The position numbers and the translations under genes were made by a program. Of a stretch of DNA of 64,000 nt, positions 61,681 to 64,000 are shown one piece after another. The notes under the pieces are model-generated. The model made no database searches. It was not told where the DNA came from and saw only the letters and a list, made by a program, of their open reading frames with translations. Numbering within the stretch: the stretch's first letter is position 1; each line of letters opens with the position of its first letter. Source of the stretch: Acidimicrobiia bacterium. GTDB taxonomy: Bacteria; Actinomycetota; Acidimicrobiia; Spongiisociales; ZC4RG35. The stretch is taken from the NCBI GenBank assembly GCA_035544575.1, contig DATKEC010000115.1, positions 22,835-86,834 of the forward strand. Reading direction: 5' to 3'.

Positions 61681-63082
61681 ACTTGGCGTGCTCCCAGCGA
61701 GCGTCGAGTTCGGCCAGGGAGAGACCCGAGAGGTCGCCCTCGGACTCCATGACCCGGAAGCGGGCCTCGAAGCGGTGGCTGGCAGCGCGCAATGCCAGCT
61801 CTGGTTCGACCCGGAGGTGGCGTGCGATGTTGACCACCGCGAAGAGCAGATCACCGAGTTCGTGGTCGATCGCGACCTCGTCGCCGGCGCGCATCGCCTC
61901 GCCCAGTTCGCCGAGTTCCTCGGCCACCTTCTCGAAAACCGGGTGAACCGCGGGCCAGTCGAATCCCACCGTGGCCGCCTTCCGCTGCAGCTCCGCGGCC
62001 CGGGCCAGCGAGCCGAGTGACGACGGAACTCCCGCCAGGGCCGACCCCGGCGTCCCGCCACCCTTCTCGGCCGCCTTGATCTCGTCCCAGTTCGCCTTCA
62101 CCGTCTCGGCGTCGGCGGCGTCCACCTCGCCGAACACGTGCGGGTGCCGTCTCACGAGCTTGCGGCGCAGCGTCTCGGCCACATCGGTGATGTCGAAGGC
62201 CCCGCCCTGTTCGGCGATCGCGGCGTGGAACAGGACTTGCAGGAGAACATCCCCCAGTTCTTCTTCGACCTCGGCGAACGCGCCGAGGTCGTCCGGGTCG
62301 CCCGCCGTGGCCGCGATCGCGTCCGTCAGCTCGGCGGTCTCCTCGAGCAGGTAGCGAACGAGGCTCTCGTGGGTCTGTGTCCGGTCCCACGGGCACTCCC
62401 GACGCAAACGAAACATCGTCTGGACTGCACCGGTCAGCCCGCTCGCCGCCACCGGCACGAACACCGACGTCCGGAGACCGGCCAGGTCGGCCGGCAATTC
62501 GGCTGATGGTCCCGTACGCACCTGCTCGTCCCGGGCCCCAAGGCCGGCCACCACCGTCACCGCGTGATCCTCCGGTAGCGCCCTGTCGAGGCGGGCCAGC
62601 GTGTCGGCGAGAATCTCGGGACGGTCCAGGTGGCCGATGACGGTCGGAACGTCGAAGACGAGCACCGAGGGCAGGTGATGGGCGTTGAGGAGCTGGAAAC
62701 CGTCCGCCAGCGGGTCGATTCCGAAGCGCTCGAAGATCAGGTCGAGAAAGGACTCGGCGGGATGGATTCGAGCCTCCGACGACCGGGCCTTGATCCTGGC
62801 CACCGCCAGCTCGCCCACGGTGGGACTTCCGGGCACCGCATACACGACCGGCGCGGCGGCCAGCACGCGGTCGGCGATGGCGGCATAGACATCGTCGAAG
62901 GTGTCCGAGGCCTCGTACAGGTCGTCGCAGGTGATCACGTCACGGATCGCCGCCAGCTGAGATGCCGCCGGATGCTGCAGGGTGCGGACGATGACGGTCC
63001 GTCCCAGGTCCGTGAGCATTTCGCGCACCGCGGCATGTACGCGGTCGAGATCGCCGGGACCCAGCCCGACGATGTCGATCAT
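61664..63082 (-). CDS. mazG: MazG nucleoside-triphosphate pyrophosphohydrolase fused to an N-terminal tetrapyrrole-methylase-like domain (YabN-type)
   Basis: MIDIVGLGPGD.. methylase-like N-terminus and tandem MazG EExxE repeats ..LLEETAELTDAI.. / ..VAEELGELGEAM.. Confidence 0.85.
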   Translation of the reverse strand: MIDIVGLGPGDLDRVHAAVREMLTDLGRTVIVRTLQHPAASQLAAIRDVITCDDLYEASDTFDDVYAAIADRVLAAAPVVYAVPGSPTVGELAVARIKARSSEARIHPAESFLDLIFERFGIDPLADGFQLLNAHHLPSVLVFDVPTVIGHLDRPEILADTLARLDRALPEDHAVTVVAGLGARDEQVRTGPSAELPADLAGLRTSVFVPVAASGLTGAVQTMFRLRRECPWDRTQTHESLVRYLLEETAELTDAIAATAGDPDDLGAFAEVEEELGDVLLQVLFHAAIAEQGGAFDITDVAETLRRKLVRRHPHVFGEVDAADAETVKANWDEIKAAEKGGGTPGSALAGVPSSLGSLARAAELQRKAATVGFDWPAVHPVFEKVAEELGELGEAMRAGDEVAIDHELGDLLFAVVNIARHLRVEPELALRAASHRFEARFRVMESEGDLSGLSLAELDARWEHAKSQTEG

Positions 63083-64000
63083 GCGGGTGGCTGGACGGCC
63101 GGGAACGGATCGGTGACCCAGGTGCCGTATTCGGCGTCGACGGTCACATCGGCGGCGGTGACGACCTCGAGCAGCCACTCCTGGACGAGGCTCCCGCCCC
63201 GCTCGGCATCCATCGCCGTACGCAGCTCGGCTTCGACTTCCTCGAACGGACGCGTCGTCCGCTCGGTGACGAGGATCAGGTGATAGCCGAACTGGGATCT
63301 GACCGGCCGCGTGGTCTCATTGAGGGGCGCCTCGTAGGCACCGAGCTGGAACTCGGGCACGTATTGGCCGAGGGAGGTGCATCCCAGCTCGCCGCCATTC
63401 GGCGCGGTCCCGTCGGTTCCGACATCCATCGCCACCTCGGCGAAGGTCTCGCCACCGTCGATACGCTCCTTGGCGGTGAGGGCCTCCTCCTCGGTCTCGA
63501 CGAGGATGTGGCTGACGCAGGCCTCGGTGAGTTCGAAGAGCCGGCCGTCGTATCGAGCCTCGAGCGCCTCATCCGTGATCGGACCGGCCTCAGCGATCAG
63601 GGCCTCCTCGACCGCGGTGGCCACGAGCTGCTGGTGGGCGATGCGGTAGATGCGCTCGTCCGTGAACCCGTTCTCCTCGAGGAAGTCCTCGTAGGACAGT
63701 CCTCCGCTCTGAGAAACGACCTGTTCTTCGAGCTCGGCACGTCGAGCTTCGATCTCCTCTGGTGTGAAGGTGATACCGAACTGCGTGTCGGCGACCTGGA
63801 TGACGATCAACTCGACGATCGTGTTCCTGAGATTCTCGGCGAACTGCTCGACGGGCACCGCGCCCAGATCGCTGGAGTAGAGCGCCTCCACCTCCGACGA
63901 CGTCACCTCGGCGCCGTTCACGGTGGCAACGATCGCGCCTGACCCACCACAGGCCGCCAGCACCAGGCCGAGCGCGGCGGCACGAACAAACGTCTTCTTC
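63079..64000 (-). CDS. Parvulin-type peptidyl-prolyl isomerase lipoprotein (PrsA/SurA-like), N-terminus beyond the right edge
   Basis: ..KKTFVRAAALGLVLAACGG.. lipobox read through to the window edge; PpiC domain ..FGYHLILV..; 4-nt overlap with the mazG start. Confidence 0.7.
   Translation of the reverse strand, partial: KKTFVRAAALGLVLAACGGSGAIVATVNGAEVTSSEVEALYSSDLGAVPVEQFAENLRNTIVELIVIQVADTQFGITFTPEEIEARRAELEEQVVSQSGGLSYEDFLEENGFTDERIYRIAHQQLVATAVEEALIAEAGPITDEALEARYDGRLFELTEACVSHILVETEEEALTAKERIDGGETFAEVAMDVGTDGTAPNGGELGCTSLGQYVPEFQLGAYEAPLNETTRPVRSQFGYHLILVTERTTRPFEEVEAELRTAMDAERGGSLVQEWLLEVVTAADVTVDAEYGTWVTDPFPAVQPPA

Overview
This is a high-GC (about 70%) actinobacterial chromosomal segment that is densely coding. 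Gene order parallels two Mycobacterium regions (gatCAB-ligA-mnmA-iscS and eno-ftsB-DUF501-ppx-mazG). Most genes are housekeeping: pyk, gatCAB, dapE/dapD/dapC, ligA, mnmA/iscS, pepA, a DEAD-box helicase, amt, ispD, eno and tRNA-Leu(UAA). I found no transposase, integrase, CRISPR array or prophage genes. The features worth a second look are: (1) two translationally coupled dynamin-like GTPases transcribed divergently from a protein with a C-terminal Mrr-like PD-(D/E)xK nuclease fold, with a 9-nt inverted repeat in the shared promoter region; (2) a partner-switching module in which the sigma factor carries an N-terminal RsbW-like domain lacking the ATP-binding Asn, coupled by a GTGA overlap to the STAS gene and followed by a PP2C phosphatase; (3) aceK joined by a GTGA overlap to a MoxR-DUF58-DUF4129 operon and followed by an actinobacterial-type Pat acetyltransferase; (4) a class III nucleotide cyclase-STAND ATPase-TPR protein with no DNA-binding domain; (5) a REC-HEAT-GT2 processive glycosyltransferase cassette between ligA and mnmA; (6) a dispersed 30-nt element built around a perfect palindrome (GGACGTATACGTCC), with three copies and one tail remnant. 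All calls come from reading the translations and sequence by eye. No database searches were run.
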